NCBI GenBank assembly: GCA_963705105.1
Contig: CAVPIW010000006.1
Span: 960,001 to 1,024,000, forward strand
DNA: 64,000 nucleotides
Reading direction: 5' to 3'
Origin: an uncultured Nitrospiraceae bacterium
GTDB lineage: Bacteria > Nitrospirota > Thermodesulfovibrionia > Thermodesulfovibrionales > Dissulfurispiraceae
Below are positions 51,633 to 62,223 of the stretch, in pieces. Both the position numbers and the translations under genes were made by a program. The notes below the pieces were generated by a model that did not search any database, was not told the DNA's origin, and saw only the letters and a list, made by a program, of their open reading frames with translations. Within the stretch, counting starts at the first letter, position 1; each line of letters starts with the position of its first letter.

Positions 51633-53418
51633 TGTCCGCCTTCCTCATTTGGGCCAGCATCTTTCTGTCTCCGGCAAGCTGCTGCCGCCTCATCCTGTCT
51701 TCCAGGAGTGCAAGCCGCAACTCTTCCTCCGCATCGGCAAACTCGGCCCGCAGGGCCGCGGTCCGGGCCTCAAGCGTCTTTCTCTTCGTCTCGACGTCAC
51801 GCTTTTTCCTTTCGAGTTCCTGCCTGCGGATGCGCTCATCCGTTTTCTCCTTCGCCTCCTCTGTCAGACGGGCCGACCCCATCAGTACCCTGCCTGCCCC
51901 TGTATAGACATCCAGAAGGTCGATGCCCTTGTCGGAGATGACGAGCTCCCGTATCTGGTGCGAATGGGCCATGCCGCGTGATTTGAGCACATAGAGCCCC
52001 CTCGTCCGCTCTCCGGCCTGCTCCAGCTCCCTCACCACGATCCATGTGTCCATGAGAGACGAGACGCCCACATCGGTCTGCTCGAGGTTCGTCCCTCCGA
52101 TGGTGAGGTTCGTGCAGAGGCAGGTGATGCCCTGATCCTTCAGCATATCGATGAGTCTCATGATGACCAGCTTCACATCGGACGCGCTCGCCACGAAGGT
52201 GAAACTGCTGATGGGGTCTATGATCACCACCGAGGGCTCGAAGTCCCGCATCAGCCTGTGGATCGAGGCGAGAAACATCTCGAGACCGTGCGCGGTGGGG
52301 CGGACGGCGTTGAAACGCAGGGTTCCTTTTTTGACGTACGGCCCGAGGTCGATGCCGATGGACCTGCCGTTCCGTATGATCTGGCTTTCAGACTCCTCCG
52401 AGGCGACGTACAGGCAGCGTTCTCCGTTCCGGCAGGTTCTGTGCGCAAAGCACATGGCCATGCCCGTTTTTCCCGTGCCCGCGGTGCCCGTGATGAGGAT
52501 GGTGCTCCCCCTGTAATACCCTCCGTTGAGCATCCTGTCCAGTCTCGGGATGCCGGTCCTGATGCGCTCGGTCGACGCCTTGTGCGTCAGACCCAGAGAA
52601 GTGACCGGCACGACCGAAAAACCGCTGTCGTCAATGAGGAAGGGGTATTCGTTCGTTCCATGGACGGAGCCCCGGTACTTGACTATCCGCATCCTCCTGG
52701 TCGATATCTGGTCCGTCACCCGGTGATCGAGGAGGATCACGCAATCGGCCACATACTCTTCCAGCCCGTGGCGGGTGAGTGTGCCGTCCCCTCTCTCTCC
52801 CGTGATGAGCGCCGTCACTCCTCTGTCCTTGAGCCACCTGAAGAGACGCCGCAACTCCGCCCGAAGGATGTTCTCATTCGGGAGACCCGAGAAGAGCGAC
52901 TCTATCGTGTCGAGGACGATTCTCCTGGCGCCCACCGAGTTGATGGCGTTTTCAAGCCTTATAAAGAGCCCCTCAAGGTCGTACTCCCCTGTTTCCTCGA
53001 TCTCGCTCCGCTCGATGTAGACGTAGTCAAGAGACAGCTTCTTCCGCTTCACGAGGGCTTCGAGGTCAAAGCCCAGTGAAGAGACGTTCTGCGCAAGTTC
53101 CCTCGTGTTCTCTTCGAAACAGACAAAGACGCCCGGCTCGTCGTACTGTTGCGCGCCACGGACAAGAAACTCCATCGCAAGAAGCGTCTTGCCGCACCCG
53201 GCGCTGCCGCAGACGAGCGTCGGTCTGCCCTTGGGAAATCCGCCCCCTGTGATCTCGTCGAGCCCGCGGATGCCCGTCGGGCATTTCTCAAGGACTGCTT
53301 TCACCATCCCCTTTGCCCTGGGAGCGGCAATGCCTGCGTTACCCGCCTTCGATGCACGATTCTTGGGGGCCTTGGGATGAGCAGTGCTTCCTTCAGGACC
53401 CGTCTTGTCTTTCTTCAT
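51613..53418 (-). CDS. kaiC: Double-domain KaiC with C-terminal coiled coil
   Basis: GSAGCGKT and GTAGTGKT Walker A motifs, [17 protein letters not shown] and a charged helical tail. Confidence 0.95.
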   Translation of the reverse strand: MKKDKTGPEGSTAHPKAPKNRASKAGNAGIAAPRAKGMVKAVLEKCPTGIRGLDEITGGGFPKGRPTLVCGSAGCGKTLLAMEFLVRGAQQYDEPGVFVCFEENTRELAQNVSSLGFDLEALVKRKKLSLDYVYIERSEIEETGEYDLEGLFIRLENAINSVGARRIVLDTIESLFSGLPNENILRAELRRLFRWLKDRGVTALITGERGDGTLTRHGLEEYVADCVILLDHRVTDQISTRRMRIVKYRGSVHGTNEYPFLIDDSGFSVVPVTSLGLTHKASTERIRTGIPRLDRMLNGGYYRGSTILITGTAGTGKTGMAMCFAHRTCRNGERCLYVASEESESQIIRNGRSIGIDLGPYVKKGTLRFNAVRPTAHGLEMFLASIHRLMRDFEPSVVIIDPISSFTFVASASDVKLVIMRLIDMLKDQGITCLCTNLTIGGTNLEQTDVGVSSLMDTWIVVRELEQAGERTRGLYVLKSRGMAHSHQIRELVISDKGIDLLDVYTGAGRVLMGSARLTEEAKEKTDERIRRQELERKKRDVETKRKTLEARTAALRAEFADAEEELRLALLEDRMRRQQLAGDRKMLAQMRKADNESAEK

Positions 53419-53490
53419 TCTTCTATCACCTTTCTATCTGCACACTGGTAAGGTTATTGAACCGAGTCGTCACGATTTTATTGTATCACA

Positions 53491-53951
53491 CACCCCTGTC
53501 CATAATGTCTTGCAGCAAAACCTTGAAAACGAGGATAGGGTGTGGTTTCTGAAGCAAAATTCACGGGTAAGGTGAACGGCGGCGGGAGTCGAAGGCGCAC
53601 GCCGCAGCGGGAGCCGCACAGTGTACCGGAGAAGGCAAAGGTTTTCATGACAAAGGTATACACATGAGGAGAGGTAGTTTACCTTATCGTTGCAATACAC
53701 TCCCGGGAAAGGCGGGGCGTATGCGCCGAAAACCTTGCTGCGGCGACACCTGTATCAAAACGAAAGATGAACTATACGCGAATGGTCGATGACACAAAGA
53801 GTGAAATCCTGAAACACGAAGATGACGAGGAGCATCGTCGCCTTCAGCAAGGCTTTGAGGCGTTTCGCCCCGCATTTCTATGCAACTACAGGGTTTATTT
53901 TGCGAAGAAAGCATGCCCTATCCTCGTGTCATGTTATTTTGGACACCAATG
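53491..53951. mobile_element. MITE family D interrupted by an A1 element
   Basis: Inverted homolog of 20803-21047; flanks TGTATCACA/TGTACCACA (8/9 match). Confidence 0.85.
53682..53893 (+). mobile_element. MITE family A1, nested in family D
   Basis: TSD TTTA (53678-81 and 53894-97); single-copy site in the D element at 20.8 kb. Confidence 0.92.
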
Positions 53952-54082
53952 TGTACCACAGATACTTCCGGGTCGCACCAAGCTGCCCCGTCAGCGACCT
54001 CAAGGGGATGGGTTCCCCTTTTTCGTACCTCCCCGAAAGATCTTCCCCCTGAAAAGCCGGCCCGGCAAAGAGAAAACCCCGG

Positions 54083-54403
54083 TTACTTCAGGAACGTGTT
54101 GCCCTGCATATCGACACAGACGTTGTCGACGTAGTCAAAGTCGTGATAACAGCCGATGCATCTCCCCCTGCAGTCGTAGTACATGGAATTGCACGCCGGA
54201 GCAGCCTCTGCGGCGTCAAACACCACGACCCTTCCGACAGAGAAGCTGGATCTCGCATCCTTGTAACAGGTGATGTTGATACCGTCGTCAGCGCACGCCG
54301 GCCCGGTGAAACAGGACACAGTGAGCACGATCCCCAAAAGAACGCCTGCCTTAAAAAGTATCGCAAAAAAAGGGTGTCTTTCTCGTCGTTTCACTCTTTT
54401 CAT
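54083..54403 (-). CDS. Small Cys-rich secreted protein
   Basis: Signal-like N-terminus; CNSMYYDCRGRCIGC; AGGAGG RBS. Confidence 0.75.
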   Translation of the reverse strand: MKRVKRRERHPFFAILFKAGVLLGIVLTVSCFTGPACADDGINITCYKDARSSFSVGRVVVFDAAEAAPACNSMYYDCRGRCIGCYHDFDYVDNVCVDMQGNTFLK

Positions 54404-54436
54404 GATTTCCTCCTGAAAGTGCCTATGTCAATCCTG

Positions 54437-54865
54437 TTACTCGGGGGGCTCCTTTTTCTCCTGCGCCTTTTCCCCGGGCCTCTCCGCCATTCTCTTGCAG
54501 GCCGCGGACAGTTCCTGCATATGCTCCCTTAAACATCTGATGATCCGGCCCTCTCCGGGCTTGACATCCTTGCAGTACTTTTCCATATCCCCGGAGCAGG
54601 CCTGCTGCGCTTCCGCCAGTTTCTTCTTCGACTCTTCGATCTTGCCCTTGCACGAAGCCGAAAGCTCCGTCTGGTGCTCGTTCAGGCAGCTGAGGATGCG
54701 ACCTCCTCCCGGCTTCACCTCCTTGCAGTATTTCGCAATTTCCTCCGCGCACGGGAGTTCCTGTTCCGCTGCATAGATCCTGCCCCCTGCACTCCCGCAA
54801 AGGACGACAAATGCAAGGGCAAACGTCTGCACGCCGATGACATGCCACACAATCCTTTTTTTCAT
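54437..54865 (-). CDS. Cysteine-rich repeat protein (GLG1/Cys_rich_FGFR-like repeats)
   Basis: Two repeats of C..E/D..KYCK.VKPG.GRI..CL.EH..ELS..CK. Confidence 0.85.
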   Translation of the reverse strand: MKKRIVWHVIGVQTFALAFVVLCGSAGGRIYAAEQELPCAEEIAKYCKEVKPGGGRILSCLNEHQTELSASCKGKIEESKKKLAEAQQACSGDMEKYCKDVKPGEGRIIRCLREHMQELSAACKRMAERPGEKAQEKKEPPE

Positions 54866-54998
54866 TCTTTCAGCCTCCTCAGGCAATTGACCTGCCTTCA
54901 TCCGAGTTTTTGGGCTTCGCTTCACAGCCGGGAGCCTCTCCACGTCAGCGGCAATATCGTTATTTCACTTTTTTATCCCGCCTGCAGGTTGCGTCATG

Positions 54999-55832
54999 TC
55001 ACTGTTTGACCAATTCGACCCGCCGATTCTTGGCCCTTCCGTCCTCCGTGTCGTTCGATGCGATGGGCGCAAGAGAGGCGACACCATACGGCTTCAATCG
55101 CGCGGCGGCTATTCCGTATTTGCCGGAGAGGACCCGAACAACCGCTTCGGCACGGTCCTTCGACAGCTTCATGTTCGAATCAAAGGAGCCGACGTTGTCC
55201 GTATGGCCGACGACATATATCTTCAGCGCGCCATCGTTCCTGAGGAGCTTCCCGATCTCCGAGACAGCGGCATCGGATTCGGGCTTTATCTCGGATTTTC
55301 CGGTGTCGAAGTATATGCCGTATATCGCAACGCGGCCGGTTGCATTGATATCCTTGCCCATCGCCTCGGCGTTCGCCACCACCTCCTGCTTCATGGTCTC
55401 TCTTTCCAGCATGGTAAGCCGGTACATGTTGTTGTAAGACCTGACTTCGACCCAGGTCTCTTTGCCCTCCTTTTGGAGTACGATTGTGGATGTTTTGTTG
55501 AAGTTGTCGTCGAAGATGACCTTTCCGCCGATCTTCTTGAGGGCATCCTGGATGTTCCGGCGGATTTTCAACTCTCCGGGCTCCGCAGCGCCCTTGTTCA
55601 GGCGGTATTCGATGTAATATTTGTGGCCCTCGACGCTGACCTGCTTTTTGTCGTGGTTGATAAATTTATGGCTGTCGAACTCGGTGTCCTTATAACCCGA
55701 TATGTGGAAGTCGGGCATCCTCGAAAGCAGTGGGTGATCCTTGCTTCCCATTATATCCTGTTCGGCCACAGAAAGACTGAAACTTGCCATCACGAAGAAC
55801 AGACCGAAAATTACCGTCATTGCATGCTTCAT
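54999..55832 (-). CDS. OmpA-family peptidoglycan-binding protein
   Basis: Signal peptide, DHPLLSRMP, IYFDTGKS, VGHTD and GRAKNRRVELV. Confidence 0.92.
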   Translation of the reverse strand: MKHAMTVIFGLFFVMASFSLSVAEQDIMGSKDHPLLSRMPDFHISGYKDTEFDSHKFINHDKKQVSVEGHKYYIEYRLNKGAAEPGELKIRRNIQDALKKIGGKVIFDDNFNKTSTIVLQKEGKETWVEVRSYNNMYRLTMLERETMKQEVVANAEAMGKDINATGRVAIYGIYFDTGKSEIKPESDAAVSEIGKLLRNDGALKIYVVGHTDNVGSFDSNMKLSKDRAEAVVRVLSGKYGIAAARLKPYGVASLAPIASNDTEDGRAKNRRVELVKQ

Positions 55833-55976
55833 TATTCCTCCTCGTATGAAATGTCGTATGCCGTCGTCACAGGACGTCGCCATGGCATCACTTTACCACA
55901 AGACGGGGTGATTCACAAAGGATGCAAACTCCCTTGAATCAAAGGACATCAATGGAAAAGCTCACAATTCTGCGCA

Positions 55977-56360
55977 TTATTACTCCGGTAAATGAAAACG
56001 TCTGATTGTGTCATTGCCGCAAGCCCGGTCAAGCCGGGACAGGCTCCGCGCGTCGGCAATACTTTTGAAAACAAAGAAGGTTTCCGGTCAAACCGGAATG
56101 ACAGAGCACAATACAGTTCATCTCTTTACCTTATCGTTGCAATACACGCCCGGGAAACGCGGGGCGTATGCGGCGAAAACCTTGCTGCGGCGACACCTGT
56201 ATCAAAACGAAAGACGGCTTATACGCCTATGATCGATGACACAAAGAATGGATTCCTGAAACACAAACCTGACGAGGAGTATCGTCGCCTTCAGCAAGGC
56301 TTTGAGGCGTTTCGCCCCGCATTTCTATGCAACTGCAAGGTTTAATTGCCGGGCTAATAA
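55977..56360. mobile_element. MITE family E interrupted by an A1 element
   Basis: Inverted homolog of 41768-42154; ends TTATTACTCCGG/CCGGGCTAATAA. Confidence 0.8.
56129..56340 (+). mobile_element. MITE family A1, nested in family E
   Basis: TSD TTTA (56125-28 and 56341-44). Confidence 0.9.
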
Positions 56361-56558
56361 GAAACAGAAAGAATTCTATATTTCATGAGCAAAGCGTCAC
56401 ATGATAGCCCGGGATGACCGCCTGTTTTTCAGGTGGTCCTGCGGAATCGAAAGCTTGTCCGCAAAGGAAGCATTCCATATTCCCTGCCTTGTCTTTTCAG
56501 GACACTCGCGAGGGTGTCTTCGTTGACTCGACTCACGGCACTTCTGTAGACTACCGGG

Positions 56559-57143
56559 ATGGAAAAAAAGATCTTCAGGATCTTCGAGGAAAGCATCGCC
56601 GTCAAGGAAAAATTCGTCAGGGCCTACGCGCCGCTCATCGCGGAGGTCTCGCGGCTGATCGCCGACGCCTTCAGTGACGGCAAAAAGGTCATCATCTTCG
56701 GCAACGGCGGCAGCGCCTGCGACGCCTCCCACATCGCGGCGGAATTCGTCAACCGCTTCAAGCGGGACAGGCCGGGACTGCCCGCACTCGCCCTCAACAC
56801 GGATATGGCTGTCCTCACGTCCATCGCCAACGACTATGACTACTCGGAGATATTCGCCCGTCAGCTCAAGACGCTCTCCGACACGGGAGACATCGCCATC
56901 GCCATCAGCACGAGCGGTAACAGCCGGAACATCCTCAAGGCCGTCGACGTCGCCAAGAAGAAAGGCCTGCGGACGATCAGCTTCACCGGCCAGAAGGGCG
57001 ACAAGCTGGCGTCGAAGAGCGAGTTTTCCTTCGTCGTCCCCTCGGACGACACACCCCGGATCCAGGAGACCCATATCACCCTGGGGCATGTCATCTGCCA
57101 GATGGTGGAGGAGATACTCTTTGAGGTCCCGAGGAAGCTTTAG
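56559..57143 (+). CDS. gmhA: Phosphoheptose isomerase
   Basis: GNGGSA, ISTSGNS and RIQETH. Confidence 0.93.
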   Translation: MEKKIFRIFEESIAVKEKFVRAYAPLIAEVSRLIADAFSDGKKVIIFGNGGSACDASHIAAEFVNRFKRDRPGLPALALNTDMAVLTSIANDYDYSEIFARQLKTLSDTGDIAIAISTSGNSRNILKAVDVAKKKGLRTISFTGQKGDKLASKSEFSFVVPSDDTPRIQETHITLGHVICQMVEEILFEVPRKL

Positions 57144-57168
57144 CATCGCTTCCCCTCGCGAAACCGCC

Positions 57169-57723
57169 ATGCCATCCCCTTCAGTGGCCGTAAAGATCCT
57201 CGGCATCGACCCCGGAAGCATTTATTGCGGGTATGGTCTCATCGGGACAACGGGCAGCGGAATGCGCCGGGGCGACGGCCGGACCTCCGGCATCCGTTAT
57301 CTCTCGTCGGGGAGGATCGTGCTGCCCCAAAAACATGACCTCCCGACGAGGCTGAGGGAGCTTTACGGCAACCTCGTCGAGGTGATCGAGGAATACGATC
57401 CCGACGAAATCGCCGTGGAGCGCATCTTCTTCGCCCGTGGCATCAGGGCGGCCCTCAGTCTCGGCCACACGAGGGGCGTCGTCCTCCTCGTCGCGTCCAT
57501 GAAGAAGCGCCCCATTTATGAATACAGCGCCCTTGAAATCAAGCAGGCCGTCGTGGGCTACGGCAGGGCGGCGAAATTTCAGGTGTCCGCCATGGTGAGA
57601 GAGATCCTCCGGATCGGTCACACCCTCAGCCCTGACAGCGCCGACGCCCTCGCCCTCGCCATCTGCCATGCGAACACGCGGAAAAGCTTGACGCGCGATA
57701 TGGCCGGGGCTGCCGGAGCATGA
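57169..57723 (+). CDS. ruvC: Holliday junction resolvase
   Basis: ILGIDPGS, VVGYGRAAK and DSADALA. Confidence 0.93.
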   Translation: MPSPSVAVKILGIDPGSIYCGYGLIGTTGSGMRRGDGRTSGIRYLSSGRIVLPQKHDLPTRLRELYGNLVEVIEEYDPDEIAVERIFFARGIRAALSLGHTRGVVLLVASMKKRPIYEYSALEIKQAVVGYGRAAKFQVSAMVREILRIGHTLSPDSADALALAICHANTRKSLTRDMAGAAGA

Positions 57724-58289
57724 TCGCATCACTCAGGGGAAAGATCCTCTTCAAGAGGCCCGACAGCCTCACCGTCGACGTGCACGGCGTCGGCTACCAC
57801 GTCATCACGCCCGTCGGTCTCTATCCGTCGTTGCCCGACGAGAGTGCGGAGGTCTTTCTCTTCATACACACCCACGTCAGGGAGGACACCCTTCAGCTCT
57901 ATGGGTTCCTGACGGAAGAGGAGAGGAGGATCTTCGCCACCCTCATCGGCGTGTCCGGCATCGGCCCGAAGATCGCCCTCAATGTCCTCTCGACGATCCC
58001 CCCCGACCGCTTCCTCCGTGCCATCGACGCGGAAGAGGTGGATCTTCTCTGCAGGGTCCCCGGTCTCGGCAAAAAGACCGCTCACCGGCTGATCCTCGAG
58101 CTGAAGGAAAAACTCCCTGTGACCCGTGAAAGGAGGGACGCGCTGTACGATGACACCCTCTCAGCCCTCGTCAATCTCGGGTACAAGAAGGCCGTCGCCC
58201 AGGCCGCCCTCGACAGGGCGAGCACCGGCGGAAGCCGCGACATTGAAAGTTTGCTCCGCGAATCATTAAAATATCTGACAAAGGAATGA
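57720..58289 (+). CDS. ruvA: Holliday junction branch migration protein
   Basis: [13 protein letters not shown] and ALVNLGY. Confidence 0.95.
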   Translation: MIASLRGKILFKRPDSLTVDVHGVGYHVITPVGLYPSLPDESAEVFLFIHTHVREDTLQLYGFLTEEERRIFATLIGVSGIGPKIALNVLSTIPPDRFLRAIDAEEVDLLCRVPGLGKKTAHRLILELKEKLPVTRERRDALYDDTLSALVNLGYKKAVAQAALDRASTGGSRDIESLLRESLKYLTKE

Positions 58290-58320
58290 CACTCCCTCGG
58301 CATCAGAACGGGCAGACGCA

Positions 58321-59349
58321 ATGAGGGTCGACGACAGAGAGTCGCATCCCCTGGCTCCGGAGGCGCAGAACGACGACGTCGCCTACGAAACAACCCTCCG
58401 CCCCCGGACCCTCTCGGAATTCATCGGCCAGCAGCGCCTGCGGGAGAACCTCCAGATTTTCATCGCCGCGGCCCGTCTCCGGAAGGACTCCCTTGACCAT
58501 GTCCTCTTCTGCGGCCCCCCCGGTCTCGGCAAGACGACACTGGCCGCCATCATCGCCAGCGAGCTGGCCGTCGGCATCAAGAGCACCTCGGGCCCGGTGA
58601 TCGAGCGGCAGGGCGATCTCGCCGCGATCCTGACGAACCTCTCCGAATGCGACATCCTCTTCATCGATGAGATCCACAGGCTGCCCCGCGTCGTCGAGGA
58701 GGTCCTCTATCCCGCCATGGAGGACTTCAAACTCGACATTATCATCGGCCAGGGACCGAATGCGAGGACCCTCAAGCTCACCCTGCCCCGGTTCACCCTC
58801 ATCGGCGCCACGACGCGGACGGGCCTGCTCACGTCACCGCTCAGGGACCGTTTCGGTGTCATCTTCAGGCTCGAGTTCTACGAGCCCGAAGAACTGAAGG
58901 AAATCGTGGACCGCTCGGCCCGCCTGCTCGGCATAGAGATCGGCGCGGACGCATCCATAGAAATCGCCCGGAGATCGCGGGGCACACCGAGGATCGCAAA
59001 CAGGCTCCTCAAGAGGCTCAGGGACTTCGCGCAGGTCAAGGGAAACGGGACCATCGACCTGGCCATCGCCCGGGATGCGCTGAAGGCGCTCGATGTGGAC
59101 CACCGCGGGCTCGATGAGATCGACAGAAAGCTGCTCAGGACGATCATCGACAAGTTCAACGGAGGTCCGGCAGGCATCGATGCCATCGCCGCCTGTCTCA
59201 GGGAGGACAGGGACACCATCGAGGACGTCTACGAGCCCTTTCTCCTCCAGGAGGGGCTCATCGAAAGGACATCACGGGGCAGGCTCGCCACCCGCCTCGC
59301 CTATGAGCATCTCGGCATGGCTTTTCCGGGGGGACTGTTCAACCAGTGA
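58321..59349 (+). CDS. ruvB: Holliday junction helicase
   Basis: [15 protein letters not shown] and GATTR. Confidence 0.97.
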   Translation: MRVDDRESHPLAPEAQNDDVAYETTLRPRTLSEFIGQQRLRENLQIFIAAARLRKDSLDHVLFCGPPGLGKTTLAAIIASELAVGIKSTSGPVIERQGDLAAILTNLSECDILFIDEIHRLPRVVEEVLYPAMEDFKLDIIIGQGPNARTLKLTLPRFTLIGATTRTGLLTSPLRDRFGVIFRLEFYEPEELKEIVDRSARLLGIEIGADASIEIARRSRGTPRIANRLLKRLRDFAQVKGNGTIDLAIARDALKALDVDHRGLDEIDRKLLRTIIDKFNGGPAGIDAIAACLREDRDTIEDVYEPFLLQEGLIERTSRGRLATRLAYEHLGMAFPGGLFNQ

Positions 59350-59912
59350 AACTCCTCATGCATATCTGCTGCGCCAACTGCGCCCTCTATCCCCTTTCCG
59401 TCCTGAGAGAACGCGGCCTCGAGGTGACGGGACTCTGGTTCAACCCGAACATCCACCCCTATACGGAGTACCGGAGCAGGATCGAGGCGGTGCAGACACT
59501 CGAGACCCTCCGGCGTCTCGACATGGAGTACGTCGACTGGTACGGGCTGCGCGACTTCGTCAGGACCGTGGCGTGGAAGGAGGGCGAGCGGTGCCTCCAC
59601 TGCTATTCCGTCAGGCTCGAAAGGACGGCGCGCCGGGCCGCCGAACTCGGCGCGGACGCCTTCACGACGTCTCTGCTCGTCAGCCCCTACCAGAAGTTCG
59701 ATCTCATCACCGGGATCGGCAGGCAGATGCAAAACCGCCATGGCGTGGAGTTTCTGGCCGAGGACTTCCGGCACGGGTACGGCAAGGGCCGCAGGATGTC
59801 GAGGGAACTCGGACTATACAGGCAGAAATACTGCGGCTGCATCTATTCGGAAATGGAGCGGTTCGCCCCGAAGGAGACGGTGGAGGACGCGGCGACACCG
59901 CACGTGCACTGA
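59346..59912 (+). CDS. queH: Epoxyqueuosine reductase (DUF208)
   Basis: HICCANC, NPNIHP, RCLHCY and YRQKYCGC. Confidence 0.92.
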   Translation: MKLLMHICCANCALYPLSVLRERGLEVTGLWFNPNIHPYTEYRSRIEAVQTLETLRRLDMEYVDWYGLRDFVRTVAWKEGERCLHCYSVRLERTARRAAELGADAFTTSLLVSPYQKFDLITGIGRQMQNRHGVEFLAEDFRHGYGKGRRMSRELGLYRQKYCGCIYSEMERFAPKETVEDAATPHVH

Positions 59913-59913
59913 G

Positions 59914-60138
59914 TTGGGCGAGATCGGAAACATCGGCAAAATCGTCTTGATTGCGGGCGTCGTCATGGTCGTCCTGGGAGGTCTCCTCATGCTGTCCGGG
60001 AAGATACCATGGATCGGCAGGCTGCCCGGGGACATCATCGTGGAGCGGAAGAATTTTACCTTTTACTTCCCGCTTGCGACGAGCATCGTCCTGAGCGTCA
60101 TCCTGTCGCTCATTATCTGGCTCATCGGGAGGAAATAG
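59914..60138 (+). CDS. DUF2905 membrane protein
   Basis: GRLPGDI...FYFPLATSI. Confidence 0.88.
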   Translation: MGEIGNIGKIVLIAGVVMVVLGGLLMLSGKIPWIGRLPGDIIVERKNFTFYFPLATSIVLSVILSLIIWLIGRK

Positions 60139-61166
60139 TGAAGCTTGACGTTTCAAGAACCGTGAGGAAAGGCGGGGCAATCCTCAGTTTCGTCCCCCTG
60201 TTGCTCCTCGTACTCTTCGTCATACCTGCTTTCGCGGAGACGACGGTCAGGGTGCTGCTCCTGGAGAATTCCTCGAAAAGGCTCCCGCAGAAAAATGAGA
60301 AAATGGAGCGCATGGGGCACACGCGAGGCGACGTGCTCCTGAGCGGTCTCCAGTACTCGGGGAAGATCGAGGTGTGGAAGGGCGAAAAGGGTCTGTACCT
60401 CATCAATATCGTCCCCCTCGAGGAATACGTCAAAGGTGTCGTCTCCGCCGAAGTGGGCAAAGGATGGGACGCCGAGGCCCTGAAAGCGCAGGCCGTCGTC
60501 GCCCGGACGTACGCGCTCTATCAGATGGCCAACAACCAGGCCCCCCAGGGGCTTTATAACCTCACATCATCGGTGCTCCACCAGGTCTACAAGAGCAGCG
60601 GCATCCCCGAATCCGTGTCACGGGCCGTCGAGCAGACGAGGGGCGAGATACTCACCTTCTACGGCAGGCCGATCCTCGCCTACTACCATTCGACGAGCGG
60701 TGGCATGACGGAAGACCCCGCCGAGGTCTTCGGCAAAGCCCATGCCTACCTGAGGCCCGTCGAAACGAACTGCGAGCTGTCCCCGTACTATATGTGGGAA
60801 AAGCGGATCCCCGTCATCGAGATCGAGAAAGCCCTCGGCCTCCGTGACATCATCGAGATCTATATCGGGCCGAGGACCGTTTCGAACCGCGTCAGGGACC
60901 TCCGCATCGAGACGAAATCGGGCTCCGTCACCATGGCCGCGAAAGACGTGCGCCGAAAGATCGGCTGGGACCGGCTGCCGAGCACCATGATCACGACCCT
61001 TGTCAGGGACGGAGACGCCTTCGTCTTCGAGGGCAAGGGGTACGGCCACGGTGTCGGCATGTGCCAATGGTCTGCCCTCGAGATGGCCAAGGGGGGCTCG
61101 ACGTACCGGGACATCCTCGCGAAGTTCTATCCGGGCGCTCTCATAGAGCTTCATGAAGACCGCTGA
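60138..61166 (+). CDS. SpoIID/LytB-domain protein
   Basis: LEEYVKGVV, EALKAQAVVARTY and GYGHGVGMCQW. Confidence 0.92.
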   Translation: MKLDVSRTVRKGGAILSFVPLLLLVLFVIPAFAETTVRVLLLENSSKRLPQKNEKMERMGHTRGDVLLSGLQYSGKIEVWKGEKGLYLINIVPLEEYVKGVVSAEVGKGWDAEALKAQAVVARTYALYQMANNQAPQGLYNLTSSVLHQVYKSSGIPESVSRAVEQTRGEILTFYGRPILAYYHSTSGGMTEDPAEVFGKAHAYLRPVETNCELSPYYMWEKRIPVIEIEKALGLRDIIEIYIGPRTVSNRVRDLRIETKSGSVTMAAKDVRRKIGWDRLPSTMITTLVRDGDAFVFEGKGYGHGVGMCQWSALEMAKGGSTYRDILAKFYPGALIELHEDR

Positions 61167-62205
61167 CTTCGACTTCTCCCTGCCTGAGGGAATGATCGCC
61201 CTGCGGCCGTCCCCCAGGCGGGATCTCTCACGGCTCCTCGTTCTCCGCAGGGACGGCTCCATCGAGCACCGTCGCTTCATGCACCTGCCGGAATATATCG
61301 GCGCCGGCGACCTGCTCATCCTGAACGATACGAAGGTGTTCTGCGCCCGCCTCCTGGGACGGAAAAAGTCGGGGGGGAAGATCGACATCCTCCTCCTGCG
61401 CCGGATGGACGACGGCGCCCGCTGGGAAGTGCTCTACAGGGGCAGATATGCCGGCATTGTTACCGTCGGCGACGGCGTAACAGCAGAGGTGGGACCCCGT
61501 GAAGACGGTGAGGGAAAATACCTGCGCTTCCTCGATGTTGACCCGCCGGAGGTTCCCGGTCTCATCGCCGCCCGGGGTTCCATGCCCCTTCCGCCCTATA
61601 TCAAACGCCTCCCCGACGACGAGGACCGGCTCCGTTATCAGACGGTCTATGCAACAAAGACGGGATCCATCGCCGCCCCTACGGCGGGCCTCCACTTTAC
61701 GAACTCCCTCCTGCGCCGCATCCGCGACAGGGGGGCGAAGGTGAGGACCGTCACTCTCCACGTCGGGCCGGGCACATTCAAGCCCATTGTCAGCTCATCC
61801 ATCGACGAGCACAGGATGGACAGGGAGTACGCAGAGATCCCCCGGGTGCTTATCGATGAAATCGCGCACGCCAGGGCCTCGGGCGGGCGCGTCTTCGCCG
61901 TCGGCACAACGGTGACGAGGACCCTCGAAGGATACCTGAGCGGCGCCTTCAGCCCCCTGTGCGTCCACCGGTCAGGGTCCGGGGACAACGGGACGATCAG
62001 GGGGTACACGGACATCTTCATGTACCCCGGCTATCGCTTCAAGGCCGTCGACTGCCTCGTCACCAATTTCCACCTGCCCCGGTCGACGCCCCTCCTGCTC
62101 GTGTCAGCCTTCAGGGGCTTCGAAAATGTCATGAAAGCTTACGGGGAAGCCATTGCCGAAGGTTATAGATTTTTTTCCTATGGTGATGCTATGGTACTTT
62201 TATGA
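61153..62205 (+). CDS. queA: S-adenosylmethionine:tRNA ribosyltransferase-isomerase
   Basis: PLPPYI, AAPTAGLHF, TNFHLP and YRFFSYGDAM. Confidence 0.96.
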   Translation: MKTADFDFSLPEGMIALRPSPRRDLSRLLVLRRDGSIEHRRFMHLPEYIGAGDLLILNDTKVFCARLLGRKKSGGKIDILLLRRMDDGARWEVLYRGRYAGIVTVGDGVTAEVGPREDGEGKYLRFLDVDPPEVPGLIAARGSMPLPPYIKRLPDDEDRLRYQTVYATKTGSIAAPTAGLHFTNSLLRRIRDRGAKVRTVTLHVGPGTFKPIVSSSIDEHRMDREYAEIPRVLIDEIAHARASGGRVFAVGTTVTRTLEGYLSGAFSPLCVHRSGSGDNGTIRGYTDIFMYPGYRFKAVDCLVTNFHLPRSTPLLLVSAFRGFENVMKAYGEAIAEGYRFFSYGDAMVLL

Positions 62206-62223
62206 CTACATGCATTCCTTACT

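Noticed and set aside
39500..56340. Integron attC sites (family A repeats between genes)
   Set aside because: Ends read GTTGCA...TGCAAC, opposite to RYYYAAC...GTTRRRY. Orientations are mixed, there is no integrase, and 4-bp TSDs indicate transposition.
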